From positions 25,703-89,702 of the IMG/VR virus record IMGVR_UViG_3300048586_000134: a stretch of 64,000 nucleotides of DNA, one strand, 5' to 3'. Under the pieces are notes generated by a model, which was given only the letters and a program-made list of their open reading frames with translations, was not told the DNA's origin and did not search any database. A program made the translations under genes and the position numbers. How positions within the stretch are numbered: position 1 is the first letter of the stretch; each line of letters starts with the position of its first letter. Shown here piece after piece: positions 9,906-19,243 of the stretch. Source of the DNA: a virus. Its lineage: Duplodnaviria > Heunggongvirae > Uroviricota > Caudoviricetes.

Positions 9906-10727
9906 TTATACCTTTCGGTGCTTGAAAACCAGTTGTGGTGCTCCGAATGTTTGGGGTACTACGGTGACATCGGCCAGTAATTCTGGCACGTATGGCAGTA
10001 CCGCTTGGTATACTGCATAGGCAAACTCCCTGATCGATGCGTCTGCACTTGGGTCAGAGCGCACTTCCAGAACGTGTCGGAGTGAACGGCCATTGAAGGT
10101 GACCAGTCCATCCGATCCTAGTGAATTCGGTAGGATGCTGCGTGCAGCTTCCTTGACGCGCTTGCGTCGGAGTGTCTTCGATTCTTCTTCACCAAGTTGC
10201 TCGGTTCCAAGACTGTCTGCAATCTCGCAGTACTTCTGGAAGTTGTGCCGCGCAAAGGATTCGAAGAACTTGCGTTGATCCTCATTCTCCCGAATGAGCG
10301 GAGGAATCACATACTCAACCCGCTTGTCCGTGAATCGGGTGGACTGCCAAGAGTACCCCATTCCCTGACGGTGACGAACAAGTTCTAGTTGCGTGGATCG
10401 GGGAACAGAAGCACACATCAGATTGAGTGTCGCATGTTCGAGAACCGATCCGTGCAAGTGGCTGATGATACTCCCCTGAATGTAGGCTTCCAGTGTCTTG
10501 TCGCCAGGGTTATGAAAACTATCATAGCAGACCTTACCACCAAATGCAATGATATTGGCGGGTTGGTGCGCATTCACAAGTCCATCCTCTCGATCCGCTG
10601 TTCCGTCAACATAGATACGTTCACGGTAGTCGAGATAGTCCTGAAAGTTGCCCCAATGTGGCGTTGTGAGACCAACCACGAAGATTTTCGGAGGAGTATC
10701 AGTCAGAAGAAACTGTCTCTCGGTCAC
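9906..10727 (-). CDS. thyX: flavin-dependent thymidylate synthase
   Basis: ThyX signature RHRx7S (LVRHRQGMGYSWQSTRF) and a length of ~270 aa. Confidence 0.85.
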   Translation of the reverse strand: MTERQFLLTDTPPKIFVVGLTTPHWGNFQDYLDYRERIYVDGTADREDGLVNAHQPANIIAFGGKVCYDSFHNPGDKTLEAYIQGSIISHLHGSVLEHATLNLMCASVPRSTQLELVRHRQGMGYSWQSTRFTDKRVEYVIPPLIRENEDQRKFFESFARHNFQKYCEIADSLGTEQLGEEESKTLRRKRVKEAARSILPNSLGSDGLVTFNGRSLRHVLEVRSDPSADASIREFAYAVYQAVLPYVPELLADVTVVPQTFGAPQLVFKHRKV

Positions 10728-11022
10728 TCGTAATCTCCTTCCCCATATTGTACTCTACATAATCCAATGTAGAGACACCCATCGCGTCAAAGATTACCCA
10801 TCTCGCTTCCTCAAGGCGAAAGAGCGCATCCACCAATTTCTGTGGCGTATCCTCCTCAGCCTGACCGATAGCGATGAGCGTTCCTGCCGCCCCTGATGCT
10901 GACGCGTGTGTGACGGCGCTCTTCCATGCCTCGATCAGTTCTCGTTTTGTAGCCACTCGTTTTCTACCTCCTCCGCCGCCTCGACTCCTTCCAGACATGC
11001 CTGATAATGCATGTCCAGACAA
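10699..11022 (-). CDS. hypothetical Gly/Arg-rich protein
   Basis: 107-aa ORF. Confidence 0.35.
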   Translation of the reverse strand: MSGHALSGMSGRSRGGGGGRKRVATKRELIEAWKSAVTHASASGAAGTLIAIGQAEEDTPQKLVDALFRLEEARWVIFDAMGVSTLDYVEYNMGKEITSDRETVSSD

Positions 11023-11106
11023 AAGTCGTAGGCGTCTATTTCGAACTCAGCCATGTCTCGGCATGCTTCGTAGGCCACATCGCGGCAGAAGTCATGCGTA
11101 CCAAGA

Positions 11107-11391
11107 TTATCCGTTCTCTGTCGCATCGGTCTCTCGTTCTACGATGTACGCAATCAGGACACCGTGCTTCCAGAAGATGCGTGCCTGCAAATCATAGCAG
11201 AATTGCTCAATCTCGGTGGCATTGTCCTGCTCGGTAATCAGGATGCGCCAGAGAGGACGCCAATCATTTGCTTCCTCACGCGACATCATCACATCGAAGC
11301 GCCGATCAACGCTGCCGCCGAAGAAGTCGGCGCAATCGTCAACCAAATGGTCTTCGAAGATCATGTCGAATTCGCCCTCATTCATACACAT
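11107..11391 (-). CDS. hypothetical acidic protein
   Basis: 94-aa ORF. Confidence 0.4.
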   Translation of the reverse strand: MCMNEGEFDMIFEDHLVDDCADFFGGSVDRRFDVMMSREEANDWRPLWRILITEQDNATEIEQFCYDLQARIFWKHGVLIAYIVERETDATENG

Positions 11392-11668
11392 CCTCCCACA
11401 TTTCGTTCGCTTCCCACTCCCACAGGAGAGATGAATCTGAACGTCTAATTACGTATTCCGTTTGCGGCTCGTCGTGCAGGATTGGGTGAAAGTACCAGTC
11501 AATGTCATCGAAGTCAAGATGCTCTGCTAGCTCCTGCGCTTCGGGCCAGCCGTCAACCCCCGCGAAACTCTGCAAGAACTCCTTCATGACCTGTCGGCGT
11601 TCGCTGCTATCCTTGCCCTTGACATCGAGTGTAGCTTTCATGACGACGGTAACAGTCTCAAATGGCAT
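11378..11668 (-). CDS. hypothetical protein (start moved to internal Met MPFETV..)
   Basis: The internal Met removes the overlap with the upstream gene. Confidence 0.4.
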   Translation of the reverse strand: MPFETVTVVMKATLDVKGKDSSERRQVMKEFLQSFAGVDGWPEAQELAEHLDFDDIDWYFHPILHDEPQTEYVIRRSDSSLLWEWEANEMWEDVYE

Positions 11669-12273
11669 TATACATGCTCCGCTCGAAGAGGCGACATGTA
11701 CGAAATCGTGCAGTTGCAGAGCACTTCCTCCCAGCGTTTGCTGATTGTGAAGGCCCAATGCCGACCTAACCCATCACAGCGTTGACAGAGCGGGTCCGCG
11801 TCGTTGCGAAGCTCTTTCGCACGCTCTGGTGTGAGTGGAATGCTTCCCTCAGAAGGATGCGTCAGGTACAGATAATAATCCGTACCAAACGCTTCCGCAA
11901 TCTTCTCCGCCGTCAGGCGTCCATCTCCGACCTCGACCGTCGTCTTCAATGACTTACGCAGACTTTCGTCGGCATCGATCATCCCAAAAACAAGCTCGCG
12001 AGAACGCTTCAGCAGTTCTTCGTTCGGTGTCAGTTCAGGATCGCCGTAGCGCGGTCGTGTACTGGAAGACTCACTCACAGGTGTTCCTCCGATCCTCGGT
12101 CCTTCGTAGCGCGGTCTACCAATGCCAGCCACAGTCTCGGCACTTCCACGATGAGCAATAAATGTCGCTCTCCTCATAGCTTCCTGAGAGCTTGGCGCGG
12201 AGAAGATTCCCCCCGCCACAGCTTTCACAGGTTGCCTCACCCTCGACGTACTCTTCAGGGATTTGTACGCCAC
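11668..12273 (-). CDS. hypothetical protein with C-terminal Cys cluster
   Basis: 201-aa ORF with ..CQRCDGLGRHW..CNC.. near the C-terminus. Confidence 0.4.
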   Translation of the reverse strand: MAYKSLKSTSRVRQPVKAVAGGIFSAPSSQEAMRRATFIAHRGSAETVAGIGRPRYEGPRIGGTPVSESSSTRPRYGDPELTPNEELLKRSRELVFGMIDADESLRKSLKTTVEVGDGRLTAEKIAEAFGTDYYLYLTHPSEGSIPLTPERAKELRNDADPLCQRCDGLGRHWAFTISKRWEEVLCNCTISYMSPLRAEHV

Positions 12274-12370
12274 AATACGAGCACGTTACGGTACGACTAA
12301 ACCTCGCATCCGTCATTTGTGCAGTAGTTCTCTCGCTCACCGTCGCTACCTCCAAACTTCGACCAGTCAA
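12116..12370 (-). CDS. zinc-ribbon protein
   Basis: CxxC..CxxC pairs (CSYCGVQIP..CESCGGG; CSSWKCRDCGW). Confidence 0.4.
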   Translation of the reverse strand: MTGRSLEVATVSERTTAQMTDARFSRTVTCSYCGVQIPEEYVEGEATCESCGGGNLLRAKLSGSYEESDIYCSSWKCRDCGWHW

Positions 12371-14291
12371 TCGGTCGAATCTCTTTCACCCGACGCTGAT
12401 ACTCAGCGACAGTGATTCCCTCGTACGGCATCTGCGCGTACGCACCTTCGTCTGTGTCTGGCAAGAGGCTGATGCTCTTGGTGAGGGGCACCAGATAGGC
12501 CAGAAGGTCTTCGATCTGATGCCCTTCTGTCCGAGGATCGAACGTGATGGTATTAGAAACCATGTTATCCGCCCAATGGAGTTGAAGCATGACGACCATC
12601 GCCGCCTTTTGCCACATCGAGATATCACGTTGACTTCTCCTTGCCTTCGCCTCGACAGGAAACTCGAAGACGATGGTGTTATCCGAGTATACATCAACTT
12701 CCCAAGGAACGCCAGCGCTCTTCAGGACATTGACGATAGGTGTATTGGCACCGACACGCACGCGACGAATATAGCGTGTGTATGGCGGATAGTGCATCCC
12801 AGGACTCACTCCTGCCAGTTGTGACACGGTGCCAGAAGGCTTGACAGTCGTTACCCGCACCGATTCAGGAACGCCAGCTTCCTTTGCGAGCGCTCGATTT
12901 GTCTCACGGACAACATCATACCCGTTGCGCATCAGATCGACAATCTTCTTCGCACCAACCGTATCGAACCAGTCCGCGATACCGCTCAGGCTCTCACCGA
13001 TACGGTGATTGCGTGCGATAACCGCATTGGTCTCGACACGATGCGTCGGGAGCAATGTTACCGTATGTGCATAGATTTGTGCAAGGCGCAACGCTTCAAA
13101 GAATTGTTCGTCCGTCTCACACTTCGTCGGGAAGACTTCTACAAGGCAGCAAACCTCTTTATCTTCCAAAGGCTGTTCTGCACAAGGATTACAGCCTGTC
13201 GCGGGATCGTACATCTTCTCCTTGTACCGTCCGTACTTCTGAACATTTAGCAGGTTAAAGATTCCAGGCTCGCCATTGTTACGAATCCTGTCCGCGATGG
13301 ACGGAAGCGCATTCAGGTCATCGAGTGAGCGAATGACGATGGAGTTGTTTGACATCCATCCAAGCTCACGACGATCATAGGCAGGCCCAGGTTCATCATC
13401 GGTGCCATAGTTCTTGAGGTTGAGGAAGCTCTGGTCAGTCGGAGAACCAAGAGCAATCTCTGCCGAACGTCGTACATTCCCCGCCACCACACAGGCTCCA
13501 ATGGCATTCATAATATCCGCCGCAACACGAGTTGAGTCGAACGGCATACCATAGTCGGACATCTGTCCCGCCTGTGAAAGAATCTCACGAATTCTGTCGT
13601 GAAGTTTGATTAGTGGTCCAGCACCACTCGCTGTTCCTCCGAACCCTCTGATGGGTTCTCCTTCTGGTCTGATGTCGTCGTAGATGAAGACGATTGGTGA
13701 ACTGGCCCCACCCTTCTCGAAACTCTCAATAAGAAGTCGTACGCTTTCCACCCAACCCTCGCGGGTATCTGGAATACGATACTCACGAGAAAACTCTTGA
13801 GTAGGAGCCGTAATTGTCGCAGCATCAAACCCTCCCAATCCGAAACCAACGCCCACTCCGCACATCAGAGCGTCCATCGCCCATGACGTATCACGAGAGA
13901 GGAGATTGATTTCAGTATAGCCGCAGTTTTGCAGTGCCATTGCACCGCGCTCGTAGACGTAGGGTGTTCCCATCGCCCAAATGCCGCGCCCAGGTGGAAG
14001 AAACCTAAAGTGAAACATCGCATCCGCCATATCGTTTGCGATCTTCTGCCACTTGGTTTCATCCCATTCGATATAGTGCTTGAGATACCAATCTTTCCGA
14101 ATCGACATCACCCCTTCGATGACGCGGATGACGGTATCAGCCCACTGTTCCTGACTTCCATCCTCCTTGAGACGGCTGTAGGTTCGATAATAAACAACTG
14201 CCCCTAACCCGCCGAATCCGAAATCTGGTGTCAGACTGTGAAGATAGCGACGAGTTAGGGGGTTCAATGTGAAGCGTTCATTTACAAACAT
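12297..14291 (-). CDS. nrdJ: class II (adenosylcobalamin-type) ribonucleotide reductase
   Basis: 664-aa single chain. It has the NrdJ-like N-terminus and an active-site region ..TGCNPCAEQPL.. with a C-terminal Cys tail. Confidence 0.8.
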   Translation of the reverse strand: MFVNERFTLNPLTRRYLHSLTPDFGFGGLGAVVYYRTYSRLKEDGSQEQWADTVIRVIEGVMSIRKDWYLKHYIEWDETKWQKIANDMADAMFHFRFLPPGRGIWAMGTPYVYERGAMALQNCGYTEINLLSRDTSWAMDALMCGVGVGFGLGGFDAATITAPTQEFSREYRIPDTREGWVESVRLLIESFEKGGASSPIVFIYDDIRPEGEPIRGFGGTASGAGPLIKLHDRIREILSQAGQMSDYGMPFDSTRVAADIMNAIGACVVAGNVRRSAEIALGSPTDQSFLNLKNYGTDDEPGPAYDRRELGWMSNNSIVIRSLDDLNALPSIADRIRNNGEPGIFNLLNVQKYGRYKEKMYDPATGCNPCAEQPLEDKEVCCLVEVFPTKCETDEQFFEALRLAQIYAHTVTLLPTHRVETNAVIARNHRIGESLSGIADWFDTVGAKKIVDLMRNGYDVVRETNRALAKEAGVPESVRVTTVKPSGTVSQLAGVSPGMHYPPYTRYIRRVRVGANTPIVNVLKSAGVPWEVDVYSDNTIVFEFPVEAKARRSQRDISMWQKAAMVVMLQLHWADNMVSNTITFDPRTEGHQIEDLLAYLVPLTKSISLLPDTDEGAYAQMPYEGITVAEYQRRVKEIRPIDWSKFGGSDGERENYCTNDGCEV

Positions 14292-14609
14292 CTATGACTC
14301 CTTGGGCGGCTTGATTTGTGATTCCTGTTGCTGAATATAATCACGAAACGACTTGCCGTGGAAGGCAGGACCGTTCGTTGTCTCTTCGTCGTCCTCTTCT
14401 TCCGCAGCTTTTGCTTGCTGCATCTGCAAGAACTCCATCTGTGATGCGAAGAAGGTTGCTCTCAGGATTTCCTGCATAATCAGTTCGGCGGCTTCACCTT
14501 CATAGTCGATGGTTACTCCGCCAGTGTAACGTATTGTAAAGGTTTCAATCTGGTTACGGGGGGCTGGTGAGAACCCCCCGATAACCTGACTGAGCATAGG
14601 ATAGGGCAT
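14292..14609 (-). CDS. hypothetical acidic protein
   Basis: 105-aa ORF abutting the nrdJ start. Confidence 0.4.
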   Translation of the reverse strand: MPYPMLSQVIGGFSPAPRNQIETFTIRYTGGVTIDYEGEAAELIMQEILRATFFASQMEFLQMQQAKAAEEEDDEETTNGPAFHGKSFRDYIQQQESQIKPPKES

Positions 14610-14628
14610 ACCTAATCCTTTCTACTCA

Positions 14629-15039
14629 CTAAAACGGAACGTCGTCCAGATTGTCATCGCTCCCGAAGCCGTCATCTGCCGCGACCGTCGCACGCTGATT
14701 GCCTCCATCCTCACCATTGCGGTCAGGAAGAAGCTGCACGCCATTGACGATCAGTTCGGTGATGGTCTGCTTCTGTCCATTCTTCTCATACTCACGCGCT
14801 TCGATACGGTATTCCACGACGACAGAGCGTCCCTTGGTCAGATACGGAGCCAGCTTGACGCCACGCACGCCGTACCAGACGCAGCGGAGCCATGAGGTTC
14901 GCTTCTGCTTCTGGCCGTCACGACCATTGAATGTGCGTGTATTCGCCAGCGAGAACGTAACACGATCCCCACTCTCCGAAATGACCGCATCCTTGCCAAG
15001 ATTGCCGCTGACAAAACCGTGATTGATTTCGAGTGCCAT
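14629..15039 (-). CDS. ssb: single-stranded DNA-binding protein
   Basis: OB-fold-like N-terminal region and an acidic C-terminal tail ..DDNLDDVPF. Confidence 0.8.
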   Translation of the reverse strand: MALEINHGFVSGNLGKDAVISESGDRVTFSLANTRTFNGRDGQKQKRTSWLRCVWYGVRGVKLAPYLTKGRSVVVEYRIEAREYEKNGQKQTITELIVNGVQLLPDRNGEDGGNQRATVAADDGFGSDDNLDDVPF

Positions 15040-15045
15040 ACTTCT

Positions 15046-15438
15046 TTACCTCCGTACTAGATAGTCCTCAACAGCAAATCGTCCACGATGAACGTCCTGA
15101 TGATGAGGAACACACAACACAACACATTTGGAAAGTTCCTCTTGCAGTCTCATGGGAGACCGTTTCGATGCAAGATCAGAAATGGTGGTCCGTTTTCCAT
15201 TTCGCCGCTCGGTATGGTGATGAAAATGGAGCGGTACTTCCGTCCGCTTACAGATCAGACACCCTTTTGCTAACTCGGCGTTTACCAGTTCCTTGTTTCT
15301 TTCATTCCACCGTAGCTGTAGCTCGGTTCTCATTTGAACGTGGCACGCCTTGCATTCACTGTTTCGCTTGGCGGCTTTAGATCGGTTGCGGGGAAAGTCT
15401 TCAAAGGCTTTCTCCTCACCACATCTGACACATCGATG
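15046..15438 (-). CDS. HNH / endonuclease-VII-like nuclease (start set at MHRCVRCGEE..; upstream part of track ORF is low-complexity)
   Basis: CxxC..CxxC plus HFHHH..LCVPHHQDVH. RBS AGGAAGGAG lies before ATG ~15438. Confidence 0.55.
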   Translation of the reverse strand, partial: HRCVRCGEEKAFEDFPRNRSKAAKRNSECKACHVQMRTELQLRWNERNKELVNAELAKGCLICKRTEVPLHFHHHTERRNGKRTTISDLASKRSPMRLQEELSKCVVLCVPHHQDVHRGRFAVEDYLVRR

Positions 15439-15478
15439 CATACTCCTTCCTTTCCGTGTTGTTCTTTGGCACGCTTGC

Positions 15479-15778
15479 CTAGAACCGCTTGTTTGGATCG
15501 ATGGACTGCTTCGCTGGTGGTGGCGGTTCCTCACCATAAAACTTACTCCATCCAGAGTTAAGTTGTTCCAGCTTGTCCCCGCGACTATCGTAGTCGCCTT
15601 GATAGTGACCTCTGCGACCGTGGAAGCCAGCAGAGTGAAAGTGGGTTGGGGGAGAGGTGAAGACGCGGCGGGAGCGTTCCTGACATTCTGGACACACCGC
15701 GAAATCGTGACTCTCCGACATGGGTTGACGCACTGCGAAGTTGCCATGCGCTTCGCAGCGGTAGAGATATTCTGGCAT
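15479..15778 (-). CDS. FmdB-family zinc-ribbon protein
   Basis: N-terminus MPEYLYRCEAHGNF..CPECQ matches the FmdB/regulatory zinc-ribbon signature. Confidence 0.55.
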   Translation of the reverse strand: MPEYLYRCEAHGNFAVRQPMSESHDFAVCPECQERSRRVFTSPPTHFHSAGFHGRRGHYQGDYDSRGDKLEQLNSGWSKFYGEEPPPPAKQSIDPNKRF

Positions 15779-15779
15779 A

Positions 15780-16025
15780 TTACCCTCGTGATTTCAAGTT
15801 CGGGTCTTTCGTGATGAGTTGTGTTAGCTGTTCAACCTGCTGCTGTTCCTGTATCTTAGCCGCAATCGAGGTACTAAGATGCTGTGTTGCCAGTTTGTGC
15901 TGCGCCATAACCATCAAGGTAATGACATTCGCGGCATCGAGGTTGGAGTTAACAATGATATCACCAAATTTGTCCATCGACAAGTTGACGAACGGTGCTT
16001 GTTTTGTGTCAGCAGACAACTTCAT
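15780..16025 (-). CDS. hypothetical protein
   Basis: 81-aa ORF. Confidence 0.4.
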   Translation of the reverse strand: MKLSADTKQAPFVNLSMDKFGDIIVNSNLDAANVITLMVMAQHKLATQHLSTSIAAKIQEQQQVEQLTQLITKDPNLKSRG

Positions 16026-16209
16026 ATCCTTTCCGTAGCATATACGTCTCCGCGTTGATGTGCATCATGTTGTGAGGAGCCGCCTTCTTTCTAGGATACT
16101 CCATGTCGTCGGTCTCTGTCAAGAGATAACGCAGAAAGCGGAAGAAGAGCATCTCATCCTCTGGCATGACCACTCTCCCGATAACCGTGGGAACAATGAA
16201 CATGTTCAT
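16009..16209 (-). CDS. hypothetical protein
   Basis: 66-aa ORF. Confidence 0.35.
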   Translation of the reverse strand: MNMFIVPTVIGRVVMPEDEMLFFRFLRYLLTETDDMEYPRKKAAPHNMMHINAETYMLRKGYEVVC

Positions 16210-16997
16210 AGGTATATCCCCCTCTCTGCAAGCTGCTCTTCCAGCTTTTCACAGTCGCATCGCCACTTCCCAGGGAAGCGCATATAGGGTGAGCACACAG
16301 GCAGAACACCTGACTGCTTCCACTGAACCAGCGGAACAACTCGATCAATAACGAAGAGTTCTGTTTGTTCAATCGGCCAGACAGGATAGGCCATTTTCTT
16401 GAACTGCGACATCTTCTTGGTGTTCCATGTAATATAATGCATGCCTCCACCAACAATGTCAACGTCAACAATTTCACCTGTCTTGACAAACGCGCCACCT
16501 TTCCACAACCATGCATAGATGTTGAATTGTGCTTCGTGGCTCGCATCTGGTTTTGTCGGGAGCGTGTGCTTCGACTTGTAATCGATCAACACGCCTCTCT
16601 TGGTATTCGTGTAGTCTGGCTTGCCCGTAATCCGAACACTCTCACCGAGGACATGCACTGATTTTGCAATCCGCTGCTCTTTGACAACATACTCTGGATA
16701 GTCGTCATCAGATTCCAGCATATAGTGCAGCCATGATCCTCGTTGTTTGTTCCATCCGCTCTCAATACTTTCGTACCAATCATAGGTCGCTCGAATGGCT
16801 TCTGCTCGTGGACAACCGAGTAGGGTTGTCGCAGACCATCCCGCATCCGCTCGATCTATATGATTGTTCTTCATTGCTTTGAGCAATTCAACAGGAGCAT
16901 CACAGTTGCGTGATCCTCCGTGCTCGTGGCACCTGATACAGACATCGAAAGGCTGAGGCGTCTGATCGTACGGACAGATGACGCCGCAGAGTGGCAT
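16206..16997 (-). CDS. Cas4-like / RecB-family PD-(D/E)xK exonuclease with Fe-S cysteine cluster
   Basis: Motifs ..GKPDY..VLIDYKSK.. (D, ExK). N-terminal Cys plus a C-terminal CxxxxxxxxCxC cluster (CSPYMRFPGKWRCDC). Confidence 0.6.
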   Translation of the reverse strand: MPLCGVICPYDQTPQPFDVCIRCHEHGGSRNCDAPVELLKAMKNNHIDRADAGWSATTLLGCPRAEAIRATYDWYESIESGWNKQRGSWLHYMLESDDDYPEYVVKEQRIAKSVHVLGESVRITGKPDYTNTKRGVLIDYKSKHTLPTKPDASHEAQFNIYAWLWKGGAFVKTGEIVDVDIVGGGMHYITWNTKKMSQFKKMAYPVWPIEQTELFVIDRVVPLVQWKQSGVLPVCSPYMRFPGKWRCDCEKLEEQLAERGIYL

Positions 16998-17482
16998 TAG
17001 GTTCTACTCCTTCGCAAGTAGTCTAGGGCGCTTTCTAAGTACAACTCGCTGTCTCTAAAGTGTCCTAGACCTTGGTTACAATGCTTACACAATAAACCGC
17101 GAACGGCTCCTGTTTGATGGTCGTGATCCACATGAAGTTCTTTTGAGCTTTTCAAGAACTGCTTACAGATAGAACAACAATGGTTTTGTTCTTCCACAAG
17201 GCGCTCAAAGTCTTCAATGGTTAAACCATATAGGCGCTTTCGTCGTCCTTTTGTGTCGCATTCTTTACATGAGCCTCGATAGGTCTGTCGCGTCATTCGT
17301 TTGGTGAAGCGATCAACAGGAAGTAGTCTTTGGCAGACACTACACGTCAAGTGTGTATGCTCACCTATGCGTCGATTGGAGAACTTGTGACCGTTTACGT
17401 AGCGTCTTTGTTTTCCGTCCCTTCGCTCTGTCTTTTGGTTACATCCACATTGACAGTATCCGTAGGGAATCGTGTCCTGCAT
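16997..17482 (-). CDS. recombination endonuclease VII (Holliday-junction resolvase)
   Basis: ..HVDHDHQTGAVRGLLCKHCNQGLG.. is the Endonuclease_7 signature. N-terminal Zn ribbons are present. Confidence 0.8.
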   Translation of the reverse strand: MQDTIPYGYCQCGCNQKTERRDGKQRRYVNGHKFSNRRIGEHTHLTCSVCQRLLPVDRFTKRMTRQTYRGSCKECDTKGRRKRLYGLTIEDFERLVEEQNHCCSICKQFLKSSKELHVDHDHQTGAVRGLLCKHCNQGLGHFRDSELYLESALDYLRRSRT

Positions 17483-17721
17483 TAGAGGGCATCCTCCCCC
17501 ATGTTGACGCTATCTAGGTCGTACTCAATTGCTGTTCGCAGTGGAATACGTGATGGTTGCAGCCCTAGCAATCCAACTGTGGATTCTCGTCTCTTGACGG
17601 CATTGATACGTCTTGCTGAGACAACTGGATACTTGCTGCATACCTCTTCGAAACGTTCAGGATCGTCTTCACGACATTTGGCGAAGAACTCTCTGACCAT
17701 CTCATGATGTGTCTGTTGCAT
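17482..17721 (-). CDS. hypothetical protein
   Basis: 79-aa ORF. Confidence 0.4.
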   Translation of the reverse strand: MQQTHHEMVREFFAKCREDDPERFEEVCSKYPVVSARRINAVKRRESTVGLLGLQPSRIPLRTAIEYDLDSVNMGEDAL

Positions 17722-17741
17722 ATAGCCTCCTCTCTCCTTCG

Positions 17742-18233
17742 TTATGATTCCATGATCTTCGTAAGCCGTTGAACGGCACGAAACACTCTCTTCTGCATCG
17801 ATCCTCTCGATGAAACCCCTCTCAGGACCATCAACTCATCGAGTGTGTAGAGATGGAGGATATGGTAGTTAATGAGAAGAAAATAATCCTCTTGCGCTTG
17901 TGCGCGGAGAGCGGGGTTAGGACTCGCTTCAGCTATTTCTCGTAGCTCAGCCAACGCATTATCCACATCGATGACTGAACAGAGTAAATCCTCCATCTGC
18001 CGTGCCCTGCGTTTCCCATCATTGGGGGTTGCCGCATGAAGTTTTTCCATGAACGGCCAGGGTTGGTTCTTTCCACCTAACGGAACTTCCCGAGTCGGCT
18101 CTCTTTTCTTGATGACTGCTGAAGAGTCGTGAACCCGCTGAGCTTTCCCCTCAAATGTAGAGCGGATATCGATATAGTTTCGAAGCACACGCTCTACAAG
18201 CGGGGGTGTGTATGTAGGTTCATCCATAGACAT
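17742..18233 (-). CDS. hypothetical protein
   Basis: 163-aa ORF. Confidence 0.45.
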   Translation of the reverse strand: MSMDEPTYTPPLVERVLRNYIDIRSTFEGKAQRVHDSSAVIKKREPTREVPLGGKNQPWPFMEKLHAATPNDGKRRARQMEDLLCSVIDVDNALAELREIAEASPNPALRAQAQEDYFLLINYHILHLYTLDELMVLRGVSSRGSMQKRVFRAVQRLTKIMES

Positions 18234-18409
18234 TACCGTGTTGGCTTCTTCAAAGAAGCAATCTTTTCTTTAAGTACGGAAACGATGCTCGTTCCCTTGT
18301 CGATCATACCGCGTTGATACACAAGACGCTGACAATTGTAACACAAGGTCTTGCCACCACGCGACATGACCTTTCCACAATTCGTACAGCGGTTGTAAAA
18401 TTGGTACAT
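18233..18409 (-). CDS. small zinc-ribbon protein (58 aa, below track cutoff)
   Basis: Hand-translated as MYQFYNRCTNCGKVMSRGGKTLCYNCQRLVYQRG.. with two CxxC pairs. Confidence 0.35.
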   Translation of the reverse strand: MYQFYNRCTNCGKVMSRGGKTLCYNCQRLVYQRGMIDKGTSIVSVLKEKIASLKKPTR

Positions 18410-18421
18410 AGTGTGTCCCTT

Positions 18422-19234
18422 CTATCGTTCGATGTTGAGAATGATCTGTCTCCTTCTCGTGAAGTCGCGGTACTTCGCCAGCATGTCAATTGTCCTTGGA
18501 TCACCCTTCGGAATCAAGTTCAAGCGATTTCGAATGTCTCGTTGTCCGAGTTCTAAGGCTCGATCTGTGAGCATCAAATCATTTTTTGATATCTGCTTGT
18601 ATTCCTCAGCCAGTGACAGATACTTTCCATCCAAGTTTGACTTTGTGTCTTTCTTGCGCCATTCAAATGTTCGGTACATATCGGGATTACGCTTCTGCAT
18701 ATCTTCGAGTACCATCAAATGTCTCTGCAAGAATGCGGTGTCGCCACGCATGAGAGGAGAGGTCGTTTGTGGCAGGTTCAATGGTTGCTCAAGCGGTGGA
18801 TCAGGGGAAGGGGAAACGCGAACGTACCCCTCCCCAAGATCGACTGATTGATAGGCTTCTTTGAACTTTGCCATTTCTGCGTACAGGAGTGTGCTATCAG
18901 CAATCTCCTTCGGCATATACGGTTCGAGAAGTTCGAAGTATCCTCGTAACCCTAGCGATCCGTCAAGTTGGGCGGTGACCTGTTGTTCGATGAACACCTC
19001 TGGATTGAATTTACCAGTTGCCTCAGCGAAGTCGCGTTCCCAGCGCTGTTGTTGCTTGAATGCGATCTGTTCAACGGTATCCTCATCAAGCACCTCCAAT
19101 TCTACCTTGACTGGCTTGGACTCCTCAAACTTCTTGGCTTCCGCACGATCCGCAAGTGCCGCCGCGCCGTAGAAGAGGCCCATAATAAGAGCCATGCTTA
19201 TCAGCGTGAATGTGGCGACAAACAATATCATCAT
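18422..19234 (-). CDS. membrane-anchored protein
   Basis: N-terminal TM MMILFVATFTLISMALIMGLFYGAAALA, followed by a charged/coiled region. Confidence 0.5.
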   Translation of the reverse strand: MMILFVATFTLISMALIMGLFYGAAALADRAEAKKFEESKPVKVELEVLDEDTVEQIAFKQQQRWERDFAEATGKFNPEVFIEQQVTAQLDGSLGLRGYFELLEPYMPKEIADSTLLYAEMAKFKEAYQSVDLGEGYVRVSPSPDPPLEQPLNLPQTTSPLMRGDTAFLQRHLMVLEDMQKRNPDMYRTFEWRKKDTKSNLDGKYLSLAEEYKQISKNDLMLTDRALELGQRDIRNRLNLIPKGDPRTIDMLAKYRDFTRRRQIILNIER

Positions 19235-19243
19235 GCGGTCCTC